A DNA stretch of 64,000 nt, taken from positions 152,586 through 216,585 of the forward strand of contig JAZJXT010000001.1 in NCBI GenBank assembly GCA_040390725.1, in the 5' to 3' direction. Every line of letters begins with the position of its first letter. The first letter of the stretch is position 1. The position numbers and the translations under genes were made by a program. Origin of the DNA: Patescibacteria group bacterium (GTDB lineage: Bacteria; Patescibacteriota; Minisyncoccia; Phycocordibacterales; UBA9973). Under the pieces are notes generated by a model, which ran no database searches, was not told where the DNA came from, and saw only the letters and a list, made by a program, of their open reading frames with translations. Shown one piece after another: positions 17,221 through 25,774 of this stretch.

Positions 17221-19068
17221 ATGAATATGAGTAAATTTAATAAATTTTATTTAAAAGGACTTATTTTTAGTTTGTCATTTTTAATATCAAGTACGCCGTT
17301 TTTTACATTTGCCGCTTTTCATCCAGGAGATACTTTTAATCCAAATTGTTCACCGGTTGATCCGGATTGTACTGTATTGATGAGTACATCGAGCTGGTCT
17401 GCTGTCAGCGCCAAGCCGACAACTGTCGCAGGTTTTGGTATTACGGATGCATTTACTGGAAATTATTCCGACCTCACAAACAAGCCGACACTTTTTTCCG
17501 GAGATTATAATGACTTAACAAATAGACCGACTTTATTTTCTGGAAATTATTCTGACCTTGTCGGTACGCCTCCTCCAGTATCTGTAACAATTAAAAATAC
17601 TTATGTCGTGGACGATGAAGCCGCACGAGATGCTTTGACCGGTGTTTTGTCGGGAGATGTGGCAGTCCTGACAAATTCAAATACTACATATATTCGCACA
17701 CAAAATGATACTTGGCAGCAACTTTTAACATCGAGTACAAATGCAGTGGATTCTGTAAATGGCAAGACAGGAGTCGTGAGCTTAAATTCGGATGACATAG
17801 CTCAAGGTGCTACTAATAAATATTTCTCTGGAAATTATTCTGATTTAACAAATCTTCCGACTTTATTTTCTGGAGATTATAATGATTTAACAAACAAGCC
17901 TACTTCATTATCATTCGATGGTAATTTCTCAAGCCTTGCCAATAAGCCCACAACACTCGCAGGGTATGGCATAACTGATGGTAATAGTGGCAGTCCTGAT
18001 TGGTCCAGCATAACAGGTAAGCCAAGTTTTGCAACAGTGGCAACCAGCGGTTCGTATTCTGATTTAACAAATAGACCTACTTTATTTTCTGGAGCATATT
18101 CCGACCTCACCGGTAAACCAAGTTTATTTTCAGGAAGCTACACAGATCTCACAAACAAGCCGACATTATTTGATGGTAATTTCTCAAGTTTAACAAACAA
18201 ACCCACAACACTCGCAGGGTATGGCATAACTGATGGTAATAGTGGCAGTCCTGATTGGAGTTCTATTTTAAATAAACCAACGACTCTTTTGGGCTATGGT
18301 ATTACAGATGCATTAAAAACAACAAATAATCTATCTGATTTAATTAGTGCTGGAACGGCTAGAACTAATTTAGGATTAGGAAGTTTGGCCACACAATCAG
18401 GAATTTTTTCCGGCACTTCTTCCGGTACAAATACCGGCGATCAGACTATTACACTTACAGGAAATGTGACGGGTTCAGGCACCGGTTCATTTGCGACGAC
18501 CATTGGGTCAGGAGTAGTTACCAATGCCATGTTGGCTGGAAGTATCGATCTCACTTCAAAAGTTACCGGGAATTTACCGATTACAAATTTGGTTTCAGCT
18601 ACAAACAGAGATGCCAGTCACTTCTTGAGAGGAGATGGTACATGGCAGAGCTCTACGACTACAAGTGTTCCTAATAATGTTAAAAATTCTACTGGTACTG
18701 CAGCTGTTGCACTCGCAACCACTGAATCACAAGTCACCACTGTAGCTATTACTCCCTCTAGTGCTTCTAATAGAATTATGATTACAGGATTTCAACAATT
18801 TGATAAATCCGCGACCACTCCTGTCACGACTGATACAGTGCGAATAGAAAGAGGTGGTACGGCTTGTGCGACTGGTTCTACTCAAGTAGGTGTGGACGCA
18901 GGCGCTAATTCTAAAGGAGCTGCTACTGATAAAAATAATGTAGGATATAGTTTTGTTGATAGTCCGGCTACTACAAGTGCTACGACTTACCGTGTTTGCG
19001 TTGTCGGAAGTGCTGTAAACAGCTCTGCTACTAATTACTCGATAGTTGTTGCTGAAGTAGGGCCATAA
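17221..19068 (+). CDS. Secreted repeat protein with about 15 copies of a 13-14 aa (G)xYxDLTNKPTLFSG motif (phage-tail-fibre-like) and a Ser/Thr-rich C-terminal domain
   Basis: 615 aa with a signal peptide; repeats such as GNYSDLTNKPTLFSGDYNDLTNRPTLFSG and KPTTLAGYGITDGNSGSPDWSSI alternate; the C-terminus ...LSDLISAGTARTNLGLGSLATQ continues into a beta-rich domain. Confidence 0.55.
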   Translation: MNMSKFNKFYLKGLIFSLSFLISSTPFFTFAAFHPGDTFNPNCSPVDPDCTVLMSTSSWSAVSAKPTTVAGFGITDAFTGNYSDLTNKPTLFSGDYNDLTNRPTLFSGNYSDLVGTPPPVSVTIKNTYVVDDEAARDALTGVLSGDVAVLTNSNTTYIRTQNDTWQQLLTSSTNAVDSVNGKTGVVSLNSDDIAQGATNKYFSGNYSDLTNLPTLFSGDYNDLTNKPTSLSFDGNFSSLANKPTTLAGYGITDGNSGSPDWSSITGKPSFATVATSGSYSDLTNRPTLFSGAYSDLTGKPSLFSGSYTDLTNKPTLFDGNFSSLTNKPTTLAGYGITDGNSGSPDWSSILNKPTTLLGYGITDALKTTNNLSDLISAGTARTNLGLGSLATQSGIFSGTSSGTNTGDQTITLTGNVTGSGTGSFATTIGSGVVTNAMLAGSIDLTSKVTGNLPITNLVSATNRDASHFLRGDGTWQSSTTTSVPNNVKNSTGTAAVALATTESQVTTVAITPSSASNRIMITGFQQFDKSATTPVTTDTVRIERGGTACATGSTQVGVDAGANSKGAATDKNNVGYSFVDSPATTSATTYRVCVVGSAVNSSATNYSIVVAEVGP

Positions 19069-19078
19069 TTCATTGTAA

Positions 19079-19936
19079 ATGAAAAGAAAAATTATTTTTA
19101 TTTTAATAATGTTGTGTATTGTGCCTTGGGTTTCTTTTGCATCTTCGACTGATGGCATTATTGATTCTGATTCGGCACATCATTATGCTTGGAGTGAAAA
19201 TTACGGTTGGTTTAATTTTTTTGCTAATCAAGGTGATATTCATGTTACCGACTCTGTGCTTACCGGAAATATTTGGAATACAAATATAGGTTGGATAAAT
19301 TTGTCGCCAAATAATTCCGGAGTTAGGAATGATGGGGAGGGGAATCTTTCAGGATCTGCTTGGAATACAAATATTGGATGGGTTAATTTTTCAGGAATTA
19401 CTATAGATTCCAATGGATTATTTCATGGATTTTTAACTGTTACAAATGCCGGTAGGATAACTTTTGATTGTGATCATTGCAGTGTCAAAACTGACTGGCG
19501 CCCGGCAAGTGTTCGCAATGTTGTTCAACAGAATAATGTTCAGGCGAATACAGGTGTTAGAAATAGCGGAAATATTCTTGCTAATCAGACTACAAGTCAA
19601 ACTAATTCTACGGATACAAGTCCTGCCTCAACTCCTGAAACTTCCACACCTCCGTCTGTCATGGCACAAGAAATTATTCCTGCCGGTGACATTTCTTTTA
19701 ATGCTCCGACTGCAACTGAATCTATTAAAAATAATGCCCCAGTGGCAGGAAATATCACTTCAGGAATTACTGAAGTATCAGATCAAGCCCCTTCGCTTTT
19801 TGATGTTACTGCAGAGCCAGTTTTACAAATAAAAAAACAATATTCCTTTTCTCCCATTACTATTTCAGTTTTAGCGGGATTATTATTGGCCCTACTTGCT
19901 TTATTGGCCATTAAGAAATTTTCAAATTTTAAATGA
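19079..19936 (+). CDS. Secreted protein with W.N.NIGW.N.S repeats and a C-terminal TM anchor
   Basis: 285 aa: signal peptide, repeats AWSENYGWFNF / IWNTNIGWINLS / AWNTNIGWVNFS, a Ser/Thr/Pro linker and a C-terminal hydrophobic anchor. Confidence 0.5.
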   Translation: MKRKIIFILIMLCIVPWVSFASSTDGIIDSDSAHHYAWSENYGWFNFFANQGDIHVTDSVLTGNIWNTNIGWINLSPNNSGVRNDGEGNLSGSAWNTNIGWVNFSGITIDSNGLFHGFLTVTNAGRITFDCDHCSVKTDWRPASVRNVVQQNNVQANTGVRNSGNILANQTTSQTNSTDTSPASTPETSTPPSVMAQEIIPAGDISFNAPTATESIKNNAPVAGNITSGITEVSDQAPSLFDVTAEPVLQIKKQYSFSPITISVLAGLLLALLALLAIKKFSNFK

Positions 19937-20796
19937 AATCTAAGATAATTTTATTAAATAGTTTCGTGGGTATTTATTTATTTTTTTTGATGATAGGTTT
20001 TATTTTTACTCCGTATGTTGTATCTGCTCAAGAAAGTATAGAAAGGAATGCCACAATAAATGCAGGCAGTAATGGTATCGTGGAAAAGGTGGCAGCAGGA
20101 GAACTCTTGCCTGTTTCTGTTAAATTATCAAATTTTGGAGGAGGCAAAAGTGTAGATGTTTTAATTCAATATGAAATTTTTTCTGACAAGGGAGAGAAAA
20201 TTTATTCTACAAATGAAACCGTGGCAGTAGAGACTACAGCTAACTTTGTTAAAATAATACAAATACCATACGGAACAGCACCGGGGACTTACACAGCCAA
20301 AACTTCTATTATTTACGACGGACAGCTCGTTCCCGCTACTACTCAATTTAATTTTAAAGTTGAGCGAAAAATTCTAGGTTTATTTGAAAGCGCTTTCTTT
20401 TTATACGGAGGTATTACGATTTTTGTAAGTATTTTTATGGTTTTATTTGTGCATCTTTTGACTAGACATAACCGCAAGGTTAGATCTAGTCCGATTGATT
20501 ATTTTGATATTCCCCGCAACGAAAGAACTTTTTATGAAATTTTAAGTGATGTCATAATGGAAATGCGCGAACGTGTAGGTGATAAAGCTATTGATATTGC
20601 AGCAGGTGTCGAGGGACTAAAGATTGATAAAAAATCCGGAAGAGTATTGTCTCTTTCCAGGGATCCTGCGAAAATTATTTCTGACTTAGTTTCAGCTTAT
20701 GAAAAGTTGCTTGGAATAAAAGTTTTGTCTTTGGTGGACCGTACAGGACTCGAACCTGCCACCCCCTCATTGCAAATGAGGTGCTCTACCAGATGA
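19933..20796 (+). CDS. Hypothetical membrane protein; the 3' end (about 60 nt) overlaps tRNA-Ala antisense
   Basis: 287 aa; the start overlaps the upstream stop (ATGA). The last roughly 20 codons are the reverse complement of the tRNA-Ala gene. Confidence 0.4.
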   Translation: MKSKIILLNSFVGIYLFFLMIGFIFTPYVVSAQESIERNATINAGSNGIVEKVAAGELLPVSVKLSNFGGGKSVDVLIQYEIFSDKGEKIYSTNETVAVETTANFVKIIQIPYGTAPGTYTAKTSIIYDGQLVPATTQFNFKVERKILGLFESAFFLYGGITIFVSIFMVLFVHLLTRHNRKVRSSPIDYFDIPRNERTFYEILSDVIMEMRERVGDKAIDIAAGVEGLKIDKKSGRVLSLSRDPAKIISDLVSAYEKLLGIKVLSLVDRTGLEPATPSLQMRCSTR

Positions 20797-20807
20797 GCTA
20801 ACGGCCC
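20735..20807 (-). tRNA. tRNA-Ala (anticodon UGC), G3:U70 present; CCA encoded (to 20732)
   Basis: Acceptor GGGCCGT/ACGGTCC with G3-U70, D-arm AGCTCATCTGGTAGAGC, anticodon loop TTTGCAA, T-arm GGCAGGTTCGAGTCCTGTA. Confidence 0.8.
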
Positions 20808-20843
20808 GTATTATTTTATCAATCAAACTAGCCTATACCCATA

Positions 20844-20886
20844 GTTGCTCTCACGAGGCGCTACAGATGAGTTAACGGCCCGTATT
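20844..20886. repeat. Partial duplicate of the tRNA-Ala 5' half plus upstream flank
   Basis: gctctcacgaggcgctacagatgagttaacggcccgtatt versus the tRNA-region gctctaccagatgagctaacggcccgtatt. Confidence 0.65.
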
Positions 20887-20977
20887 GCTTAACTAAAAAA
20901 CCTAACTAACCCATTCTATAACATTTTATTAAAAATGCAAATTTTTATTTTCGAATTTTTGTGTATAATAGACAATT

Positions 20978-22006
20978 ATGCTTTATAAATTTTTTACTAA
21001 TTCAGAAAGAGCCTGGCAGGCAATGCTCGAAGAGGTTAAGCTTGCTGAGCAATCTATTTATTTAGAAATGTACACTTTTGTGGATGATATTAAGGTTTTT
21101 AATTTTTTGAAACTTTTTGAAGAAAAAGCTAAAAAAGGAGTTGGGGTAAAAATAATTTTAGACTCTTTTGGCAGTTCTACTTTGAGTAAAAAAGCAATAT
21201 TAGGATTGCGTTCTTCTGGAGTAGAACTTCTTTTTCATAGTCATTTTTTTCACAAGACTCATCGCAAGATTTTATTAGTGGATGAAAAAACTGCATTTAT
21301 CGGAGGAGTTAATTTACATAAAAGTGCAAAGAGATGGGCAGATTTGGCCGTGCGGGTGCGTGGGGTTTTAGTACAGAGGATTCTCAGGTCTTTTGCTAAA
21401 GCTTATGCTGATTGCGGCGGAGAAGATAAATACTTATTGAGCCTTAGAAAAGAAACAAAATTTTCAAAAGCCAGGACTTGGCTTTTAGAGCATTCTCCGT
21501 TAAAAAATAAATTTTATTTAAAAAAAATTTATAAAAAAGCACTTCATGAAGCTAAGGCGAATTGTATTTTAGTAAGTCCGTATTTTATGCCAAAGCTTTG
21601 GCTCGAGAGGGAATTGCACCAAGCAGTATTGCGCGGAGTAAGGGTGGAGATACTTATGCCAAATATTTCAGATCTTTTTTGGGTAGACAGAGTAAATCAT
21701 TTTTACATGAAAAAGATGGCAGAGTGCGGAGTTGTTTTTTATTTAGGACGTAAAATGAATCATGCCAAAATATTAATAGTTGATGAAAAAGAAGCATTGG
21801 TGGGTTCTAATAATTTAGACATTTTATCTTTTGAATTTAATACCGAAATTGGTATTTTTATAAAAGACGAGAGGGCTGTGGGTCAAGTTTTAGCAATTAT
21901 CAATAATTGGAAAAAAGAGTCTGTATTATTTGATCCTAAAACTTACAAAAGAAAATGGTTTGACTATATTTTATCGCCTATTTTTCGCCTGTTGTTTTTT
22001 TTGTAA
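20978..22006 (+). CDS. Phospholipase D superfamily protein (cardiolipin synthase-like) with two HKD motifs
   Basis: HRKILLVDEKTAFIGGVNL and HAKILIVDEKEALVGSNNL both fit the H.K....D motif. Confidence 0.75.
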   Translation: MLYKFFTNSERAWQAMLEEVKLAEQSIYLEMYTFVDDIKVFNFLKLFEEKAKKGVGVKIILDSFGSSTLSKKAILGLRSSGVELLFHSHFFHKTHRKILLVDEKTAFIGGVNLHKSAKRWADLAVRVRGVLVQRILRSFAKAYADCGGEDKYLLSLRKETKFSKARTWLLEHSPLKNKFYLKKIYKKALHEAKANCILVSPYFMPKLWLERELHQAVLRGVRVEILMPNISDLFWVDRVNHFYMKKMAECGVVFYLGRKMNHAKILIVDEKEALVGSNNLDILSFEFNTEIGIFIKDERAVGQVLAIINNWKKESVLFDPKTYKRKWFDYILSPIFRLLFFL

Positions 22007-22083
22007 TTTCTGCTAGACTGGAAGTGTTCTTTAATTAGTAAAGAAACATTCGGGAGTAGCTCAGCGGTAGAGCGATCGCCTGT

Positions 22084-22646
22084 GGAAATTTCCTCCCTCT
22101 GGTATAATGTTCTTATGCCAGACAATAGGAAATATGCTGATAGACGCGAAGCACTTATTAAAGCTGTTGCAAAACGACGCAAGAAAATAAAAGTTCTTGC
22201 TGTCGAGTACAAAGGAGGCAAATGCCAAATTTGTGGATATATGAAATGTATCGGTGCTTTGGAACTTCATCATATTATTCCAAAAGATAAAAGTTTTGGA
22301 GTAGGTGATAAGGGATATACACGTGCATGGAGTATAGTGCAAAAAGAGTTAGATAAGTGTGCGCTTCTTTGTGCAAATTGTCACAGAGAAGTCGAGTCAG
22401 GCATTACGCAGCTTTCTATCGAAAGATAGATCGAAAACGAGGTGAATTCGGGGAAGCCCAAGCTTGTCATGAGCGGGTAATCCCGAGCCAAGCTCCGACG
22501 TAAGTCGGAGAAGGTGTAGAGACTATCCCGTAAGGGAGTAGTGTTCCAAATTTTGGAATCCGAAGCGCCTCGCTTCTAAGTCTTTTGAGTAATCAAAGGA
22601 TATGAAGATGATATAGTCCGTACCATTAGTAATAATGGAATAAACG
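22084..22646 (+). ncRNA. Group I intron (putative self-splicing) in the tRNA-Asn anticodon loop, carrying an HNH ORF
   Basis: It follows an exon-terminal U and ends in G immediately before the 3' exon. The P7-like pairing halves GACTA (about 22530) and TAGTC (about 22616) are present. The ORF sits in a 5' peripheral loop. Confidence 0.6.
22115..22429 (+). CDS. HNH homing endonuclease (intron-encoded)
   Basis: CQICGY...LELHHIIPK...CANCHREVE is a His-Asn-His/zinc-finger nuclease motif. The track start 22082 is a GTG inside the exon/intron boundary; ATG 22115 is preferred. Confidence 0.7.
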   Translation: MPDNRKYADRREALIKAVAKRRKKIKVLAVEYKGGKCQICGYMKCIGALELHHIIPKDKSFGVGDKGYTRAWSIVQKELDKCALLCANCHREVESGITQLSIER

Positions 22647-22691
22647 TAAGCGATTGGTCGTAGGTTCGATCCCTACCTCCCGAGCCAGTTA

Positions 22692-22728
22692 GCAAAGCAC
22701 CTCCTTAAGGGAGGTGCTTTGCTTTTTG
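22692..22728 (+). terminator. Rho-independent terminator after tRNA-Asn
   Basis: gcaaagcacctcc-ttaa-ggaggtgctttgc followed by ttttt. Confidence 0.6.
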
Positions 22729-22866
22729 TATCTCGGGAGAGAAAGCCAACTGCTTGGCTTTCGTGTAGGGAGCGAACAACGGAGCAATAAATTTTCAGTA
22801 GAAAATTTTGTGAGTTGGTGCCCAGACAAAATTTTTTGGCGAAAAAATTTTAGTCGAGGGAGATAC

Positions 22867-22881
22867 CCCTACCTCCCGAGC
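22867..22881. repeat. 15-bp direct repeat of the tRNA-Asn 3' end (ccctacctcccgagc), 180 bp downstream of the gene
   Basis: Identical to 22671-22685. The att-like duplication suggests an old or residual integration site. Confidence 0.6.
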
Positions 22882-22959
22882 AATTAAAATAACCTTAATT
22901 TGCAAGGATTATTTATGTATTCTTACGGGGTTTAAAATTTTTATGATATAATTCTTTTT

Positions 22960-23493
22960 ATGATAGAAAATAGCCAGATGAATGATGCAAAGTTTTCTCC
23001 AAAAAGCAACGATGTTGTTTTTACTAAGGGTCAAAAAATAAATGTTGAACTTACTGATGGTTCTTTGAGTGAGCGTACAGTAATAAACGTTCTTAATTCC
23101 CAGAAAGTAGCAGCTGTCATCGGGCTTAAGTTTGATATTAAAACCCCTATACCAGTATTAATTTTAGACAAAAAAATACCGGGAGGTGCTCTTGCGCATT
23201 ACCATCAAAATTTAGATGTTATTTTTGCATATAATGATACAAACCAAAATGTTATGTGTCATGAAATAATTCACTCATTAGCAATAAAGAAGCCTATACC
23301 AGAAGAATTACAAAAGTTTTATGAAAAGGTGCTAGAAGAAATTCCAGATATAACTAATTTACAACCCAACTTTAGACAAAATATCCATGAATTTATTGCT
23401 GATGCGTATTCCAAGGAGGGTTTTATTAATAACCTTAAAAACCATGGGTTATATGAAGAATTTGAAAAACTTACAAAATATATCTTTGAGTAA
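22960..23493 (+). CDS. Hypothetical protein with an HEIIH (HExxH-like) motif
   Basis: 177 aa; ...NVMCHEIIHSLAIKK... is the only recognisable motif. Confidence 0.4.
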   Translation: MIENSQMNDAKFSPKSNDVVFTKGQKINVELTDGSLSERTVINVLNSQKVAAVIGLKFDIKTPIPVLILDKKIPGGALAHYHQNLDVIFAYNDTNQNVMCHEIIHSLAIKKPIPEELQKFYEKVLEEIPDITNLQPNFRQNIHEFIADAYSKEGFINNLKNHGLYEEFEKLTKYIFE

Positions 23494-23526
23494 TAATCGT
23501 GTGAAAGTTGTGAACACTGTGAATTT

Positions 23527-23788
23527 TATGTATCACCTATACATTTTAAAATGCGTTGATGAAACTTTATATACTGGAATTACCACAGATTTAAAACGCA
23601 GACTAAATGAGCATAATAGTACAAAACTTGGCGCGAAATATACTTCCTCTAGGAGGCCGGTCAAAATAGTTTATTCTAAAAAATTTAAAAATAGGTCTTC
23701 TGCATCCAAGGAAGAATCTAGAATAAAAAAGTTAAAAAAAGTTGAGAAGTTGGAATTGATTAAAGAAGGCTATAAAAATAATATATAA
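23527..23788 (+). CDS. GIY-YIG nuclease superfamily protein (small, stand-alone)
   Basis: MYHLYILKCVDETLYTGITTDLKRRLNEHNS is a classical GIY-YIG N-terminal motif. The start is taken at ATG 23527, not the track start 23387. Confidence 0.65.
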
Positions 23789-23844
23789 ATTTAGGTATTT
23801 TTTGTTATTTTAATGGAAGTTTGAATTTATGCTATAATATAATT

Positions 23845-24252
23845 ATGAAAAAATTAGATTCACAAGAACAGCAAAAAAATACAAACAGTGGGGAAAATAT
23901 TGAAAAAATAAATTCATACATAGATACAAATAAAACTGTTAGTGGTTTAGAAAATAAATATAATATAGTTGGTAGAAAGTATAAAGATATTTTTGGTATT
24001 AAGCAACGTAGCCCATTTGAATACAGAGCTAGATTGAAAAATTATAAAGATACATTAATTAGACTGTCTAAAGATGAGTACAAAACACCAAGTTTAAAAA
24101 CTACGGATCAAAAATCAGCCAAGCATTGCCTCAATATCATTACTGATTTGGAGTTTTTTGCTAAAATACAATTAAATAATGCAGGTATTATTGTTGAAGC
24201 GCCGTTGCTTTCAAAACAAAAATATAAAGAATTATTTAATAGTAAGCAATAA
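23845..24252 (+). CDS. Hypothetical protein
   Basis: ORF only; Lys/Asn-rich. Confidence 0.35.
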   Translation: MKKLDSQEQQKNTNSGENIEKINSYIDTNKTVSGLENKYNIVGRKYKDIFGIKQRSPFEYRARLKNYKDTLIRLSKDEYKTPSLKTTDQKSAKHCLNIITDLEFFAKIQLNNAGIIVEAPLLSKQKYKELFNSKQ

Positions 24253-24271
24253 CCTTTCCTGCTTAAACAAA

Positions 24272-25060
24272 ATGAATCCTGAATTTAAACTTGCAAATGA
24301 AAAGTCGTTTCAGTCTCAAGAAAAACATGAAAAATTCCTGTCTTTTTTTAATTTGAATGAGTACGAACTTGCGGAGTTAAAAGAAAGAATCACTAAAGCA
24401 AAAGGCACCATAAGAATGTTCGTGCATCCATTTTTTGATTCTTTAGAGCCTTTTTCTCCGTTAACAACTCCAAAAAATACATTTTTGGGACCCGGGGCCA
24501 TATTTACACGTCTAATCAATTTATCTGATGACAAGACACCCCCTCAATTTATCCTAGAAGAACATGGATCAACTAAATTAGAAAAAATGACTAAAGGGAT
24601 AGTTAATCAAAAATTGTATATTATAGATACTCAGCCGAGTAGTGGTGTTTTGCACCCAGATGAAGCATTGCCTTCAGAGATAAGTAAGCTTTGTCCAAAA
24701 TTTGAGGGTAATCGTTATTACAGCAATGATAAAGATTATAAATTACAATACAACAAAGAACAAAAAATATATGAACAGAAAGTATTTGATTTTTTGGCTG
24801 AAAAATTAAAAAGCCTCGGGGTAGAAAAGGTGCTCATTGGAGGCATGTATTTATGGATCCATGATTTTAGGCGAGAAAGTCTCGATATCAATAGTGACTT
24901 TTTAGATGGTTGCTTATTTTCTCCTATTAAAAATTTAAGCAAGTATTTACAAGTTGAGCTCTCCAATTTTAATAAAAGTGGTTACAATGAGAGCCAAGGA
25001 AATAAATTTAAAAAAGCATTTGGAAAAAGTGTGGGACCCGAGCAACATATGATACAATAA
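24272..25060 (+). CDS. Hypothetical protein
   Basis: ORF of 263 aa starting MNPEFKLANEKSF; no recognisable motif. Confidence 0.4.
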   Translation: MNPEFKLANEKSFQSQEKHEKFLSFFNLNEYELAELKERITKAKGTIRMFVHPFFDSLEPFSPLTTPKNTFLGPGAIFTRLINLSDDKTPPQFILEEHGSTKLEKMTKGIVNQKLYIIDTQPSSGVLHPDEALPSEISKLCPKFEGNRYYSNDKDYKLQYNKEQKIYEQKVFDFLAEKLKSLGVEKVLIGGMYLWIHDFRRESLDINSDFLDGCLFSPIKNLSKYLQVELSNFNKSGYNESQGNKFKKAFGKSVGPEQHMIQ

Positions 25061-25078
25061 ACAACATCTTAGGGTGGC

Positions 25079-25549
25079 TTATTTCTCCTCCAAAATTCTA
25101 ATTATTTTATCCAATTTTTCGCTGTCTATGCGGGCTAGGTCTTTTTGCAGTTTTTCGATTTCGAGTTTTGCTTTTAGGTTTGTGTTGTAGTCATTTTGGG
25201 CTTGGTGGCGATCACGTTCATTTTGGCGATTTTGCGCCATCATTATGATAGGCGCTGCATAGGCTGCCTGTGTTGAGAAAATTAAGTTAAGTAAAATAAA
25301 AGGGTAGGGGTCCCAGTGGCTGATGTAAGCAACGACATTTAAAATCATCCACAAGATGACTATGATAGTTTGAATAATAATGAAATTCCAAGAGCCCATA
25401 TTGTTGGCTACAGAGTCCGCAATGCGATCACCGAAAGTCTGCGTGCTTTTATATTTTTCATGCCATGTTTTCTTGTCTTCCTGTCCAAGTACTTCTTTTT
25501 TTATTTCTTCCATATGCTTATAGTATATTACTATTGCCCAGAAATGCAA
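25079..25549 (-). CDS. DUF1003 family membrane protein
   Basis: ...DPYPFILLNLIFSTQAAYAAPIIMMAQNRQNERDR... matches the DUF1003 signature; the C-terminus is a coiled coil. Confidence 0.6.
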   Translation of the reverse strand: MHFWAIVIYYKHMEEIKKEVLGQEDKKTWHEKYKSTQTFGDRIADSVANNMGSWNFIIIQTIIVILWMILNVVAYISHWDPYPFILLNLIFSTQAAYAAPIIMMAQNRQNERDRHQAQNDYNTNLKAKLEIEKLQKDLARIDSEKLDKIIRILEEK

Positions 25550-25631
25550 AAGAAAATTATCGTTGTTGAATTATTTATCAAATTAGGGTATACTCATATT
25601 ATCTTATTAATTAACAAACAAAAATAATTTT

Positions 25632-25757
25632 ATGGCAAAAAGAGGAACAACACTTAGCATAAGGCCTAGATCAAGGCATGCAAAAAAGACAAAGAAGCGC
25701 TTGGCTATCAAAGGTGCAATGCTTGCAAAAAAATCTACAAAGAAGAGAGGTTAAAAT
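25632..25757 (+). CDS. Small basic protein (41 aa), unassigned
   Basis: MAKRGTTLSIRPRSRHAKKTKKRLAIKGAMLAKKSTKKRG lies in an otherwise empty 225-bp intergenic gap and is not in the ORF track (under 60 aa). Confidence 0.25.
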
Positions 25758-25774
25758 AAACAAGCTTTCTTGTT

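Larger units (their letters stand above)
22050..22687 (+). tRNA. tRNA-Asn (anticodon GUU) interrupted in the anticodon loop by a 563-nt group-I-like intron; CCA encoded
   Basis: 5' exon TCGGGAGTAGCTCAGCGGTAGAGCGATCGCCTGT (22050-22083) and 3' exon TAAGCGATTGGTCGTAGGTTCGATCCCTACCTCCCGAGCCA (22647-22687) join to a canonical tRNA-Asn (U1-A72, loop CUGUUAA, G73). Confidence 0.75.

Noticed and set aside
22082-22114. GTG start of the HNH ORF at 22082
   Set aside because: It would start one nucleotide inside the proposed tRNA 5' exon/intron junction; the in-frame ATG at 22115 is more plausible.
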